From contig JAVRCV020000005.1 in the NCBI GenBank assembly GCA_034530615.2, positions 20,256 through 84,255 on the forward strand: a stretch of DNA of 64,000 bases, in the 5' to 3' direction. The notes under the pieces are model-generated. The model had not been told where the DNA came from, made no database searches, and saw nothing but the letters and a program-made list of their open reading frames with translations. This stretch comes from Aulosira sp. ZfuVER01 (lineage in GTDB: Bacteria; Cyanobacteriota; Cyanobacteriia; Cyanobacteriales; Nostocaceae). Made by a program: the position numbers and the translations under genes. Shown here piece after piece: positions 1 through 9,345 of this stretch. Within the stretch, counting starts at the first letter, position 1. Every line of letters begins with the position of its first letter.

Positions 1-331
1 TAAGTACGCTATCGCTAGCTAAATCGGTTTTGTCAATCAAGTAGAGGACAACCACACCAAAAACTAAGGTAAATGGCAGCAGCATCCCCGTAGGATTTAA
101 CTGTAGTAAGACACCTAGCGCCACACCTACTAATGCTGCATGACCAACAGCATGGCTAAAAAAGGATAACTGGCGTAAAGTGACAAAACTACCTAACAAA
201 CCACCAAGTATTCCCATTAAAATAGCACCCGCGATCGCACGCTGCATAAAAGGCAATTCTAACAAGCTCACCCAGTCTTGAGTATTGCTAACAGCTAGCC
301 AAGTTATCTGATAATCAGTGAATAAATTCAT
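1..331 (-). CDS. znuB: Metal (zinc) ABC transporter permease, 3' end outside window
   Basis: Translated by hand from ATG at 331: MNLFTDY...LPFMQRAIAGAILMGILGGLLGSFVTLRQLSFFSHAVGHAALVG, the ABC-3 permease signature; follows znuA-znuC. Confidence 0.9.
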   Translation of the reverse strand, partial: MNLFTDYQITWLAVSNTQDWVSLLELPFMQRAIAGAILMGILGGLLGSFVTLRQLSFFSHAVGHAALVGVALGVLLQLNPTGMLLPFTLVFGVVVLYLIDKTDLASDSVL

Positions 332-468
332 TTGTAAGCTTTTTAACTTATTAGCCTTTTATTTATCACAGATTGATCGGTAATTTTTTTCTAATTAATT
401 AAGTCTGTTTTATGTAATGACAAATGACAACTCTTACCAGTTATATTTAATTACTCCGACCTAGTTAG

Positions 469-1269
469 TTAATGATGATGCTGGTAGCGACTAAAGCCAG
501 GGCCATAGGTGGCTAATAGGTTTTGTGGTGAAAGGGCGATTTCTGGTTTACCAGTACAAACAACGGTTTGGTTAAGGCAAAGGACGCGATCGCAATGGCG
601 GTTAACCATATCAATATCATGGGAAACTTGTAATATTGTCCAACCTTCCTCACGCTTTAACTCGTTGAGCAAGATATAAAAATCTGCTGCACCTTGTACA
701 TCTACTCCCGCAAATGCTTCATCTAGTACCAAAAGTTTCCGAGGCGTCACTAAACAGTAAGCCAATAATACCCGTTTGAGTTGACCGCCGCTGAGAGTAC
801 CAATAGCTTGATGTCGCAAATGGTAAGCATCAGTTCGCTGTAAAGCTTGCACTACTGCTGCTGATTTTTCCCTGTCTTGTCTCCACAAGTTTTTCCAGAA
901 TGAACTTCTATGCTGGGTTTGTTTGGAAATTTCCACCCATCCCAGTCCGACTAACTCACTGACAGAAATGGGAAAGCTGCGATCAAAAATAAAATTTTGT
1001 GGCATATAGCCTAATAAATGGCGTAAAAGCCCTAAATTTTTCATTGGGCGGCCAAACATTTCAATCTTTCCGGCATTATGCGGAATTAATTCTAAAATTG
1101 CTTTTACTAAAGTACTTTTACCTGCACCATTAGGCCCAACTATGGCTGTATCTGTCCCTGGCAATAATTCAAAAGAAACATCCCGTACTGCTAGGTAACT
1201 GCCTTGATATACAGTTAATCCTTCTATTTTCAAAATAGGCGATGCCATTTCTTGCTGATCAACGATCAT
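469..1269 (-). CDS. znuC: Metal ABC transporter ATP-binding protein
   Basis: Walker A GPNGAGKST, LSGGQ signature, LLVLDE Walker B, His-rich C-terminus. Confidence 0.92.
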   Translation of the reverse strand: MIVDQQEMASPILKIEGLTVYQGSYLAVRDVSFELLPGTDTAIVGPNGAGKSTLVKAILELIPHNAGKIEMFGRPMKNLGLLRHLLGYMPQNFIFDRSFPISVSELVGLGWVEISKQTQHRSSFWKNLWRQDREKSAAVVQALQRTDAYHLRHQAIGTLSGGQLKRVLLAYCLVTPRKLLVLDEAFAGVDVQGAADFYILLNELKREEGWTILQVSHDIDMVNRHCDRVLCLNQTVVCTGKPEIALSPQNLLATYGPGFSRYQHHH

Positions 1270-1334
1270 GAGTAATTAATAATGAGTAATTAAAAAAATA
1301 AAAAATGCATTATTGCTTGTAACACTAAATTTAC

Positions 1335-2312
1335 CTACTTGCAAGCTGTTTCCAAAGTTTGTAAATTAGCTTTCATTGCCTGGAAATAATACTGGGGATC
1401 TGTCTTGCCATTTTCTAAAGAATCTAGTGTTTGCAAATTTAACTTTAAGTCTTGAGAGAGATTTTTTAGTAATTTGTTGTCTATTCCAGGTTCACTCAAT
1501 AAGGCTTTAACCTTAAACTTCTTGACGGCATTAGTTACATTCTTTATATCTGCGGGAGAGAGTTGATCTTCGGGAATTTCTACTACTGCAATTTGCTTGA
1601 GGTTATAACGTTGGGCTAAGTATGGATAAGCATCATGAAAAGTAACAAAGGTGCAATTAGAATTTTTCTGCAAAGTCTGCTGAAATTTGCTATTTAAGGT
1701 TTCTAATTCTTGAATATACGCTGCGGCATTAGCTTCATAAATAGCTTTATTGCGAGGATCGGCTGCAATCAGCCCATCGCGAATATTTATTACCTGTTGT
1801 TTTGCTAAAACAGGATCTAGCCAAATGTGAGGATTAACCTCAGTGTGTTCGTGGCCTTTCTCCTCTTTGGCAGTGTTGATAATGGGTGAAATCGCACCTA
1901 TAGATTTAATACTTTTACTGCTGTCGATTTCAGCTAATTTGGGATTTTGGGCATTTTTGACAGTTTGTTCGAGAAATTTCTCAAAACCCAAACCATTTTT
2001 AACCAATACATTAGCAGTAGCGATCGCTCTCACATTTTCGGGTTTTGCTTGATACTCATGTACCTCCGTACCTGGTGGCACTAAAATTTCTACCTCTGCG
2101 GCATTCCCAGCTACCGCTTTAGTAAACCAATATATAGGTAGAAATGTCGCCACTATTTTGGTTTTTTCCGCAGGAGGTAACTCTTGGGAAGCTGCTGTCC
2201 GATCTGTGGGCGATTGGTTGCAGCTAGTAATTGATAATATCAGTAGAGCAATTAGAGGCAGAATATCACTTCTGGTTCTGCCTATTTTAGGTTCTATCCG
2301 AGTGCGAACCAC
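1335..2312 (-). CDS. znuA: Zinc ABC transporter substrate-binding lipoprotein
   Basis: HEYQ, NPHIWLDP and FHDAY metal-ligand motifs; lipobox-like ITSC; GTG start at 2312 chosen because a GGAGG SD precedes it (ORF track starts at 2369). Confidence 0.9.
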   Translation of the reverse strand: MVRTRIEPKIGRTRSDILPLIALLILSITSCNQSPTDRTAASQELPPAEKTKIVATFLPIYWFTKAVAGNAAEVEILVPPGTEVHEYQAKPENVRAIATANVLVKNGLGFEKFLEQTVKNAQNPKLAEIDSSKSIKSIGAISPIINTAKEEKGHEHTEVNPHIWLDPVLAKQQVINIRDGLIAADPRNKAIYEANAAAYIQELETLNSKFQQTLQKNSNCTFVTFHDAYPYLAQRYNLKQIAVVEIPEDQLSPADIKNVTNAVKKFKVKALLSEPGIDNKLLKNLSQDLKLNLQTLDSLENGKTDPQYYFQAMKANLQTLETACK

Positions 2313-2392
2313 TATTTTTCTCCTCCGAAAACTAGCTAGCGCTGTCTTCGTCAAAATGCTTATTGACAATGAGATTGATTCTAAATCTCATT

Positions 2393-2413
2393 TTATAATA
2401 ATTCTCATTCTCA
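2393..2413. promoter_or_regulatory. Putative Zur box upstream of znuA
   Basis: Minus strand TGAGAATGAGAATTATTATAA fits the cyanobacterial Zur consensus TNANAATGATNATCATTNTNA; adjacent 9-7-9 inverted repeat AATGAGATT-N7-AATCTCATT at 2368-2392. Confidence 0.7.
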
Positions 2414-2518
2414 TGCAATTGGGGTGTAAGCCATCACATCAAAATTTTTTGTCATTTGATTGATGATGATTTCCTGACTGAATCTTTTTTTAAAAAATCT
2501 TAGCTCCTGATAATATAT

Positions 2519-2533
2519 TGAGAATAGTTATTA
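2519..2533. promoter_or_regulatory. Possible second Zur/Fur-type box upstream of the porin
   Basis: TGAGAATAGTTATTA resembles the 7-1-7 TGATAATNATTATCA box. Confidence 0.45.
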
Positions 2534-2595
2534 ATAAACCCGAATTCAAAGCAGGGTAGTGTAGCCATTTACTTTCAATAGGTGTGAGGAAAAAA

Positions 2596-4233
2596 ATGCG
2601 GAAAGTATGGAAGTCTCTGCTGACTAGTTCAGCAGTAGGCGGCGCAATGCTGTTTTTCAGTGCAGCAGCAGTTGCCGGGGAAATTAGTGAGTCACTTGTT
2701 GCAGCTGATTTAGAACAAGAGACTGAGAATTTACCTCAACAACAGGTAATGTCTCAAGTAACCTCAGTATCTCAACTGTCAGATGTGCAGCCTACAGATT
2801 GGGCCTTTCAGGCATTGCAATCGTTAGTAGAACGTTACGGCTGTATTGCAGGTTATCCCAATGGTACATTTCGGGGTAATCGAGCCATGACAAGATATGA
2901 GTTTGCTGCTGGTTTAAATGCTTGTCTTAATCGTGTCAACGAACTGATTGCCACAGGTACAGCTGATTTAGTTACAAAAGAAGACTTAGCCAAGCTGCAA
3001 ACACTGCAAGAAAATTTTGCCGCAGAACTGGCGACACTACGTGGTCGTGTGGATGCGTTGGAAGCTAGAACTGCAGAGTTAGAAGTGAATCAATTTTCTA
3101 CTACTTCTAAACTGCAAGGAGAAGTTGTTGCCGTAGTCAGCGACTTGTTATCGGGTAATCAAGTTAACGGCGGAGAAATTACAGATAAGAATACAACTCT
3201 TGGGGCACGGGCACGAGTTGAATTAGTCACTAGCTTCACGGGTAAAGATACACTTTTTACTAGAATTCAAACAAATAATCTTCTCAGCCCTAACATTGGG
3301 ACACCAGAGGGTAACTTGTTCTTTGCTGGGGAAGATGGCACAAATGACGCTTTTATCGATGCACTATATTACCAATTTCCGATTGGTGAAAAACTCCAAG
3401 TAATCGCCCTGGCCAATGCTGGTGCAGCAGATGACATTACTGATACCATAAATCTCTTTGATGGGGATGGTGGAGCTGGTGCTTTATCTACCTTTGGAAC
3501 ACGCAACCCTATTTATTATCAGATGGATGGAGCTGGGTTAGGAGTCAACTATGATTTTAGCGAGCAATTGGCACTGAGTTTAGGCTATTTGGCTAATTCA
3601 GCCAATACTCCTAATGCGGGACAAGGTTTATTTAATGGTGGATATGGTGCGTTGGCACAGCTAACCTTTAAACCAAGCGATCGCCTAAAAGTTGCCTTCA
3701 CCTACATTAATGCCTACAATCAGGAATTGGCGACTGGTAGCAATCGGGCAAACGTCGGCTCGTTTCTCGGTGGAGTAGTTCAAAATTTAACAGGAAGTGA
3801 AGAAGCTTTTTCCGTACCTACTTCTAGTAATTCCTACGGTATAGAAGCATCCTTCGCCATTAGTGAAAAATTTGTGCTAGGTGGTTGGGTAGGATATACC
3901 AATACTCGTAACTTATCCACAGCCGGAGATACAATTAACCGAGGCAGTGTTGATATCTGGAACTGGGCTGTGACTTTAGGATTACCCGATCTTGGCAAAA
4001 AAGGTAACTTAGCTGGTTTTATCTTCGGTATGGAACCGAAAGTTACAAGTTCCAGCATTACTGGGCTAGAAAGAGACCAAGATACTTCTTATCACATTGA
4101 AGCTTTCTACCAGTATCATGTGAGCGACAATATCAGTATTACTCCAGGAATAATTTGGCTGACAGCACCAGATCATAATGAGCAAAATGATAATGTTGTG
4201 ATTGGTGCGTTAAGAACTACATTCAGTTTCTAG
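2596..4233 (+). CDS. SLH-domain OprB-family outer-membrane porin (cyanobacterial SomA/B type)
   Basis: SLH motif SQLSDVQPTDWAFQALQSLVERYGC, coiled coil, beta-barrel ending in TTFSF; ATG at 2596 follows GAGGA. Confidence 0.92.
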   Translation: MRKVWKSLLTSSAVGGAMLFFSAAAVAGEISESLVAADLEQETENLPQQQVMSQVTSVSQLSDVQPTDWAFQALQSLVERYGCIAGYPNGTFRGNRAMTRYEFAAGLNACLNRVNELIATGTADLVTKEDLAKLQTLQENFAAELATLRGRVDALEARTAELEVNQFSTTSKLQGEVVAVVSDLLSGNQVNGGEITDKNTTLGARARVELVTSFTGKDTLFTRIQTNNLLSPNIGTPEGNLFFAGEDGTNDAFIDALYYQFPIGEKLQVIALANAGAADDITDTINLFDGDGGAGALSTFGTRNPIYYQMDGAGLGVNYDFSEQLALSLGYLANSANTPNAGQGLFNGGYGALAQLTFKPSDRLKVAFTYINAYNQELATGSNRANVGSFLGGVVQNLTGSEEAFSVPTSSNSYGIEASFAISEKFVLGGWVGYTNTRNLSTAGDTINRGSVDIWNWAVTLGLPDLGKKGNLAGFIFGMEPKVTSSSITGLERDQDTSYHIEAFYQYHVSDNISITPGIIWLTAPDHNEQNDNVVIGALRTTFSF

Positions 4234-4301
4234 CTTTACTTGTTGTCAAAAACTAGCATAAAACAACAGATTTATAGCTTTTTGCCTTCAATTAAAGTGA
4301 A

Positions 4302-4323
4302 AACCCAGCATTTCTGCTGGGTT
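4302..4323 (+). terminator. Hairpin terminator after the porin
   Basis: AACCCAGCA-TTTC-TGCTGGGTT. Confidence 0.6.
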
Positions 4324-4868
4324 GAATCTTTTACACCAAATAACCGTTGTTTCTCTTTGGATCTCAGGCAATTATTTTACCTAATGCTTTCACTTTGCTG
4401 CACTTAAAGAGTGTAGACCTAATTTGGATTGATTTCGCATTTCGCGTATCCATACCGTGGCATATAAAAGATCTAATTGTATAGAGTAAAGCAACTTTTT
4501 TTACCAAAAAAAGATTTTTCTCGATTAACTCTAAAGATACAATCAAGTATCTATCTATAGAGAGATATAAAACTAGTTTTTGGGAAGATTTTTAAGTATT
4601 TATATGCAAATAAAGTAATTGATTTGTATGAGAAATCGAGAGCTATGGCTGGTATTTAAGTACAATCTACTATTACAAGAATCCGTTAGCAGAATAAGGA
4701 ATAAAATACACTATGGATTTTACTTAAATACAAGAGAAAATATGTGGAAATTACTGATATTTTGACTTTGATTAGTATTCCTATACAAGGGCGGAACGAT
4801 TTGGTAGTTAGGACTCTAGTCCTGGATTGTGAAGCACTGCAAGTATCGAGTCAATTAGTATAAATCTC

Positions 4869-4979
4869 AAAAAAAATGACCAGCCTCCCACAGCTGGTCT
4901 GAAAAATATTTTTCCGCGTTGTCTTCTCAATAGAGTAAAAACCGAGTTGCGCGTTCCCAAAATGCAACGGGCAACTTTT
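4869..4979 (-). ncRNA. nsrR1: Small RNA resembling Nostoc NsrR1 (nitrogen stress-repressed RNA 1)
   Basis: 5' AAAGTTGCCCGTTGCATTTTGGGAA resembles my recollection of NsrR1; ends in GACCAGC-N8-GCTGGTC plus a U-tract; NtcA-like site directly beside the promoter -10. Confidence 0.6.
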
Positions 4980-4991
4980 CTTAACAATATT

Positions 4992-5005
4992 GTAGCAGTC
5001 AACAC
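4992..5005 (-). promoter_or_regulatory. NtcA-like site in repressor position at the sRNA promoter
   Basis: GTG-TTGACTGC-TAC directly upstream of a TATTGT -10 (4984-4989). Confidence 0.55.
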
Positions 5006-5117
5006 AGTTTTTTAGTAAAAATTTACGAAAAAAAGATAGGGTAACAAGTTAATAACCTCTATCTTGGAGAATAATTCAAAAACTTTCTCTGGCGATAAGG
5101 GGTCAATTGACCAACTC

Positions 5118-5240
5118 GACGCGGAGACGGTGAGAAAGGGAGACGCGGAGAGCATTAGTGTTAACTTAAGCTAGAAATAGCTTACATTTTCACTTCGTCA
5201 CCCAGTCCCCGCGTCACCGCGTCCTTTTGTCCCCGTGTCC
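5118..5240. repeat. GACGCGG(A/G)-type short repeats in both orientations, with a TIR-like fragment
   Basis: gacgcggaga copies at 5118-5151; ccgcgtc/ccgtgtc copies at 5209-5239; CATTAGTGTTAACTTAAGC at 5153. Confidence 0.6.
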
Positions 5241-6967
5241 TCTTCAATCCCGACTCTTGATTGTGGCTTTCCCCAAAGGATACGCTCTTGCTTGTAGATA
5301 GCAATTCCTGGTTTGGCTCCCTTGGGTTTATAGACGTGTTTTGGCTGAGTATACACTACGGGCACTTGGTCACTTTGGCGAGCGCGGCTATAGTAAGAAG
5401 CCAGGTTAGCAACAAATTGTAAATCAATTTCTTCAGGGACAGAGCCTGGTTCTAAGCGGAGTAATACATGGCTACCAGGAATTTCTTGCGCATGGAACCA
5501 CAAGTCATAATCTCCAGCGACTCGAAAGGTTAATTGATCGTTCTGGCGATTATTGCGACCGATTAAGACTTCAAAACCACTAGGAGTGCGGTAACGATGA
5601 AAGTTGCTAGTAGCTTCATTATTATTGCGGTTGCGGTATTCCGGATCTTCTAAATACTCTTGTCCAATTAGCTCATCGCGGATTTCTTCAAGAGCTTGCA
5701 AATCCTCAGATGTTTGGTATTTTTCTATTTGAGCGATCGCAGCTTCTACTTGCTCTAGATATTCAATTTCTGCCTTCACTTCTGCCAGTAACGGTTCTAC
5801 CGCCGCACGCGCACGTTTGAGTTTTTGGTGCTGTTTATAAAGGCTTTGGGCGTTTTGCACAGCATTTTTATCTGGCTGAAGCGCGATCGCAATTGGTAAG
5901 CCAGTCTCAAAATCCAGGAGGGTAATTTCTTTCATTCCCGCTTCCCAGTTTTGCAGGTGAGCCATCAACAAATCTGCTTTTTGGCGATATTCATCAGCGC
6001 GATCTGATTGCTGCAAGCGTTCAGAAAAGGTGTTAGCCTTCAGCCGTAATTTTGCCAAAATGCTATTCAGTTTTTGACTTAGCTGATGGCGCAGTTGAGA
6101 AAATAATTGTTCGTTTAGCCGATCGGTGTAGTAGCGGTTGAGTAACTCTTGAATGTCTTTTGCTGGTGTAATTCCACCCCAACCCATGACGGTATAGCCT
6201 TCATCTGTCAAAGCTGGGTGAAACTTTTCATCTTTTAACGCTTGTAACCATGCTTGCCATTCCTCAAATAATGTTTGCCAATTCTCAGGGGTGAGACTAT
6301 CGGTAGTTTTGTCTGGTGCTATGTTTGTCGATCGCACCATTGATTCTACTAATGCAGCACTCAAGCCGCTATAACTTTTGAGCAGCTGACGCTTAATGCC
6401 TCCCGGTACTAAACTAACTCGTTCTTGCCAACGTTCTTTTGATTCGTTCAAACTAGGAACTGGGCCAGTAAGTTTCGGTGGTGTTTCATAGGGTTGTCCG
6501 GTTTGGATAGGACGAACGCTAGATTGTTGCTGGCTGACTTGATGGGCAGCAGTGATAATTAAATTGCTGGCATCGGTGAGAATGACATTGCTGTATTTGC
6601 CCATAATTTCCACATAAACGTGGTAAAGCGGACTTTCTCCAGGACGACGAGCAAATTGTAAATCAACAACACGCTCCCAAGGAGCGATCGCATCAATCGC
6701 TATCAGTGCCAAACCACCCAACTGATGTATAAGTTGTTGGCTAAAAGTAAAAGTATCTGGTGTTCGCGGTGGCGGATCGCCAATGCAAATGCGTGCAGCT
6801 TGGGGATGCCAGGAAATCTCTAGCCAACCCCGCTGTTTTAAGGTACGTAATGCTACAGAAATAGTATAGCGATCGCGCTGGATAACCTGTTCTATCCTGG
6901 ATGGTAGCCAGTGAGCGCGTAGTTCGCTACAAGCAGCTGTAAGGGTGGTAAAGTCAACTGGTTGCAC
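5198..6967 (-). CDS. rqcH: NFACT/FbpA-family ribosome quality-control protein (RqcH)
   Basis: N-terminal DF motif, EIMGKYSN, coiled coil, NFACT-R domain GRNNRQND...WFHAQEIPGSHV. Confidence 0.88.
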   Translation of the reverse strand: MQPVDFTTLTAACSELRAHWLPSRIEQVIQRDRYTISVALRTLKQRGWLEISWHPQAARICIGDPPPRTPDTFTFSQQLIHQLGGLALIAIDAIAPWERVVDLQFARRPGESPLYHVYVEIMGKYSNVILTDASNLIITAAHQVSQQQSSVRPIQTGQPYETPPKLTGPVPSLNESKERWQERVSLVPGGIKRQLLKSYSGLSAALVESMVRSTNIAPDKTTDSLTPENWQTLFEEWQAWLQALKDEKFHPALTDEGYTVMGWGGITPAKDIQELLNRYYTDRLNEQLFSQLRHQLSQKLNSILAKLRLKANTFSERLQQSDRADEYRQKADLLMAHLQNWEAGMKEITLLDFETGLPIAIALQPDKNAVQNAQSLYKQHQKLKRARAAVEPLLAEVKAEIEYLEQVEAAIAQIEKYQTSEDLQALEEIRDELIGQEYLEDPEYRNRNNNEATSNFHRYRTPSGFEVLIGRNNRQNDQLTFRVAGDYDLWFHAQEIPGSHVLLRLEPGSVPEEIDLQFVANLASYYSRARQSDQVPVVYTQPKHVYKPKGAKPGIAIYKQERILWGKPQSRVGIEEDTGTKGRGDAGTG

Positions 6968-7156
6968 AACAATTAGCCATTGGCATCAAACGTCGATGCT
7001 AAGTATAGAGCCAAAATGCATAGACAACTATCTCATGCTCTGCGTTTGCCAAGGATGAAAAATTAAAAGGAAAAGGTAATCTGACAGATTTCTGCTAAAT
7101 ACCTTTCCCTTTTTGATTTTAACGATTACTTACACTCAAAAATCGTTCTAGCTCAA

Positions 7157-8494
7157 TTAGCTGAGTAAAGCTGGTTGTTTGGTAGGTTCCACTGTAGGTT
7201 TGACAGCAGATTGCTCCAATGTTTGGTTCAATGTTTGCACTACAGATGGTGCTATAGGCTGTTCTAATAGTTGGGTATAAAGTTCACTAAGCTGAGATGC
7301 CACACCATCCCAACTAAACTTAGTAACAACACGTTCTCTGGCAGCTTTACCTAATTCATCCCGCCATTCTGGATTCATGAGAATTCGGTCAATGGCTTCT
7401 GTAAAAGCGGGTACATCTTGTGGTGGTGCTAATAAACCAGTTTCTTCAGGAACTACAGTAAATTGAAGTCCACCCACATCACTCGCTACCACTGGCGTAC
7501 CGCTAGCCATTGCTTCAATAGCTACGAGTCCAAAGGGTTCGTAGTGACTGGGAACAACGCATACATCAGCTGCTGCATAGTAAGTAGGCAGAATTTTCTG
7601 GCAGAGACGACCGGGTAGGTTGGTAATGTCGTTCATGCCCAATTCATTAATAATGCCTTCAATGCGATCGCGCTCGATACCATCACTATTACCTGGAGTG
7701 CTACCACCACCAATAATTAACTGGAGTTTTTGCGACTCACGCAACTTTGATGCTCCGACGGCACGTACTATGGTTTCTATACCTTTGCGTGGATCAAAAC
7801 GTCCTACGTACAATACAACTTTAGCTTCCGGATCGATACCCAACTTAGCCCTTGCTGCTTGACGATCGATAGAGCCAAATTGCTGAATATCAGTACCGCA
7901 GGGAATAATATCAATATTACCTTTAGTAGAAACGAGCGATCGCATGTGTTGCTTTTCTTGCGGACTCGTTGCCACAATTCTTTCTGCGGTTTCCAACACT
8001 TCTTTTTCTACTGCTAATCGCTTAGTAGCAATTGCAGGAATTTTATCTATCGTGTTGTACTTGACTGCTCCTAAAGAGTGATATGTATGAACCTGTTTAC
8101 TTCCTTGGATCTTCTTCAATTGCATCCCTACCCAGCTTGAGAGCCAGTAGTTAGTGTGAACCAACTCATAGCTGATGCCATTTTCTCTTTGAAATTCCAA
8201 AAACTTATCTATAAATTCTGGTAAATACCCAAAAAGATTATCTCGCGGTACAAACTCCAAGGAACCTGCTTGGAGACGGATGGTTCGACAATTCTCACTA
8301 TGCTGAACAATCGTTTCTTGTTCCGCACTCACTTTGCGGGTAAACATATCAACTTGCCATCCCAACCGCGCTAGTGCTTCACCCACTTGTCGGACGTAAA
8401 CATTTTGTCCTCCGGCTTCTTCTTTACCAATTTCAATCGCCGGGTCCCCGTGAACTGAAATCAAAGCGATGCGTTTTTCAGTGGTAGCGTTCAT
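7157..8494 (-). CDS. spsB: GT4 glycosyltransferase, minimal sucrose-phosphate synthase (SpsB-like)
   Basis: ISVHGDP...EAGGQNVYV, HTNYWLS, HTYHSLG, EPFGLVAIEAM; near rbpG-prfC as recalled for Nostoc PCC 7120. Confidence 0.72.
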   Translation of the reverse strand: MNATTEKRIALISVHGDPAIEIGKEEAGGQNVYVRQVGEALARLGWQVDMFTRKVSAEQETIVQHSENCRTIRLQAGSLEFVPRDNLFGYLPEFIDKFLEFQRENGISYELVHTNYWLSSWVGMQLKKIQGSKQVHTYHSLGAVKYNTIDKIPAIATKRLAVEKEVLETAERIVATSPQEKQHMRSLVSTKGNIDIIPCGTDIQQFGSIDRQAARAKLGIDPEAKVVLYVGRFDPRKGIETIVRAVGASKLRESQKLQLIIGGGSTPGNSDGIERDRIEGIINELGMNDITNLPGRLCQKILPTYYAAADVCVVPSHYEPFGLVAIEAMASGTPVVASDVGGLQFTVVPEETGLLAPPQDVPAFTEAIDRILMNPEWRDELGKAARERVVTKFSWDGVASQLSELYTQLLEQPIAPSVVQTLNQTLEQSAVKPTVEPTKQPALLS

Positions 8495-8930
8495 AGTTTG
8501 TTGTTGCTGATTGTAAAAAAAATCGCAGGCACAGGCAGTTCCAAATTTGCGCCTAGCACTTTTACAGGAAAGATTTAAGAACTTTAATTAAACTTTATCT
8601 TAGTCTAAGTGGTCAAATATTTTTATGTATCTACTAAGGGGAATAAATCTTTTGACTCCGTATTTATATTTAATTTCTTTATATATATGCTGCTATATTT
8701 ATATCTAATACTTTTGATAGAGAAACTTCGGTTACATCTAGTCTTTGAGAATATGCAGTCTGATAGACATATGTATTCAGAAATATTCACCTACTTTACT
8801 TAAATATTTTTACCGAATTATAAGTAATTTATAATACTTTTTTATAGGGTATATGAGCGGTAAGCATTTAAAAAACTGTTTATTTAATGAATAAAGAGTT
8901 AAATTTATTACAAAAAATATTTTATATATT

Positions 8931-8944
8931 GTAGTTACTTATAC
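8931..8944 (-). promoter_or_regulatory. Candidate NtcA site between spsB and the kinase
   Basis: GTA-N8-TAC with TAAATT (TAN3T) 23 nt downstream toward spsB; the region is very AT-rich. Confidence 0.35.
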
Positions 8945-9345
8945 TTAAAATCAAAGATTATTTTTTTGTTACATAAGATACAGAATTTAGAAAAAGCTAT
9001 ATTTAGCCACTTAGGTAACATAGTTTACTTTGCTAATTGTTAAGTCAATACAAAAGTCTAATGTAATACATAAAATTTGCTAATGAATTAAATACTAATA
9101 CTGCTACACGGTATTCAAAAAGCAAAAAACTGATGACGTAAACTTTTTATGGATTTTGAATAATCCCTTGATTTTTGCCTTACTGTACTAGCTACCAGAA
9201 CTATATAGAACAGGCTGAGAACGATTAACTACCTTGAGGTCTAGTTATTCTCTACTTGAGTTACTCTGTAATTTTCTCAATGTCGAGCTGAGATTAAATA
9301 GCCTCGTCCTGTTTTGCACAGACACTTCAAAATATCTCAAGTATT

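Noticed and set aside
4808..5005. 65-aa ORF
   Set aside because: Runs through a promoter and terminator better explained as an sRNA gene
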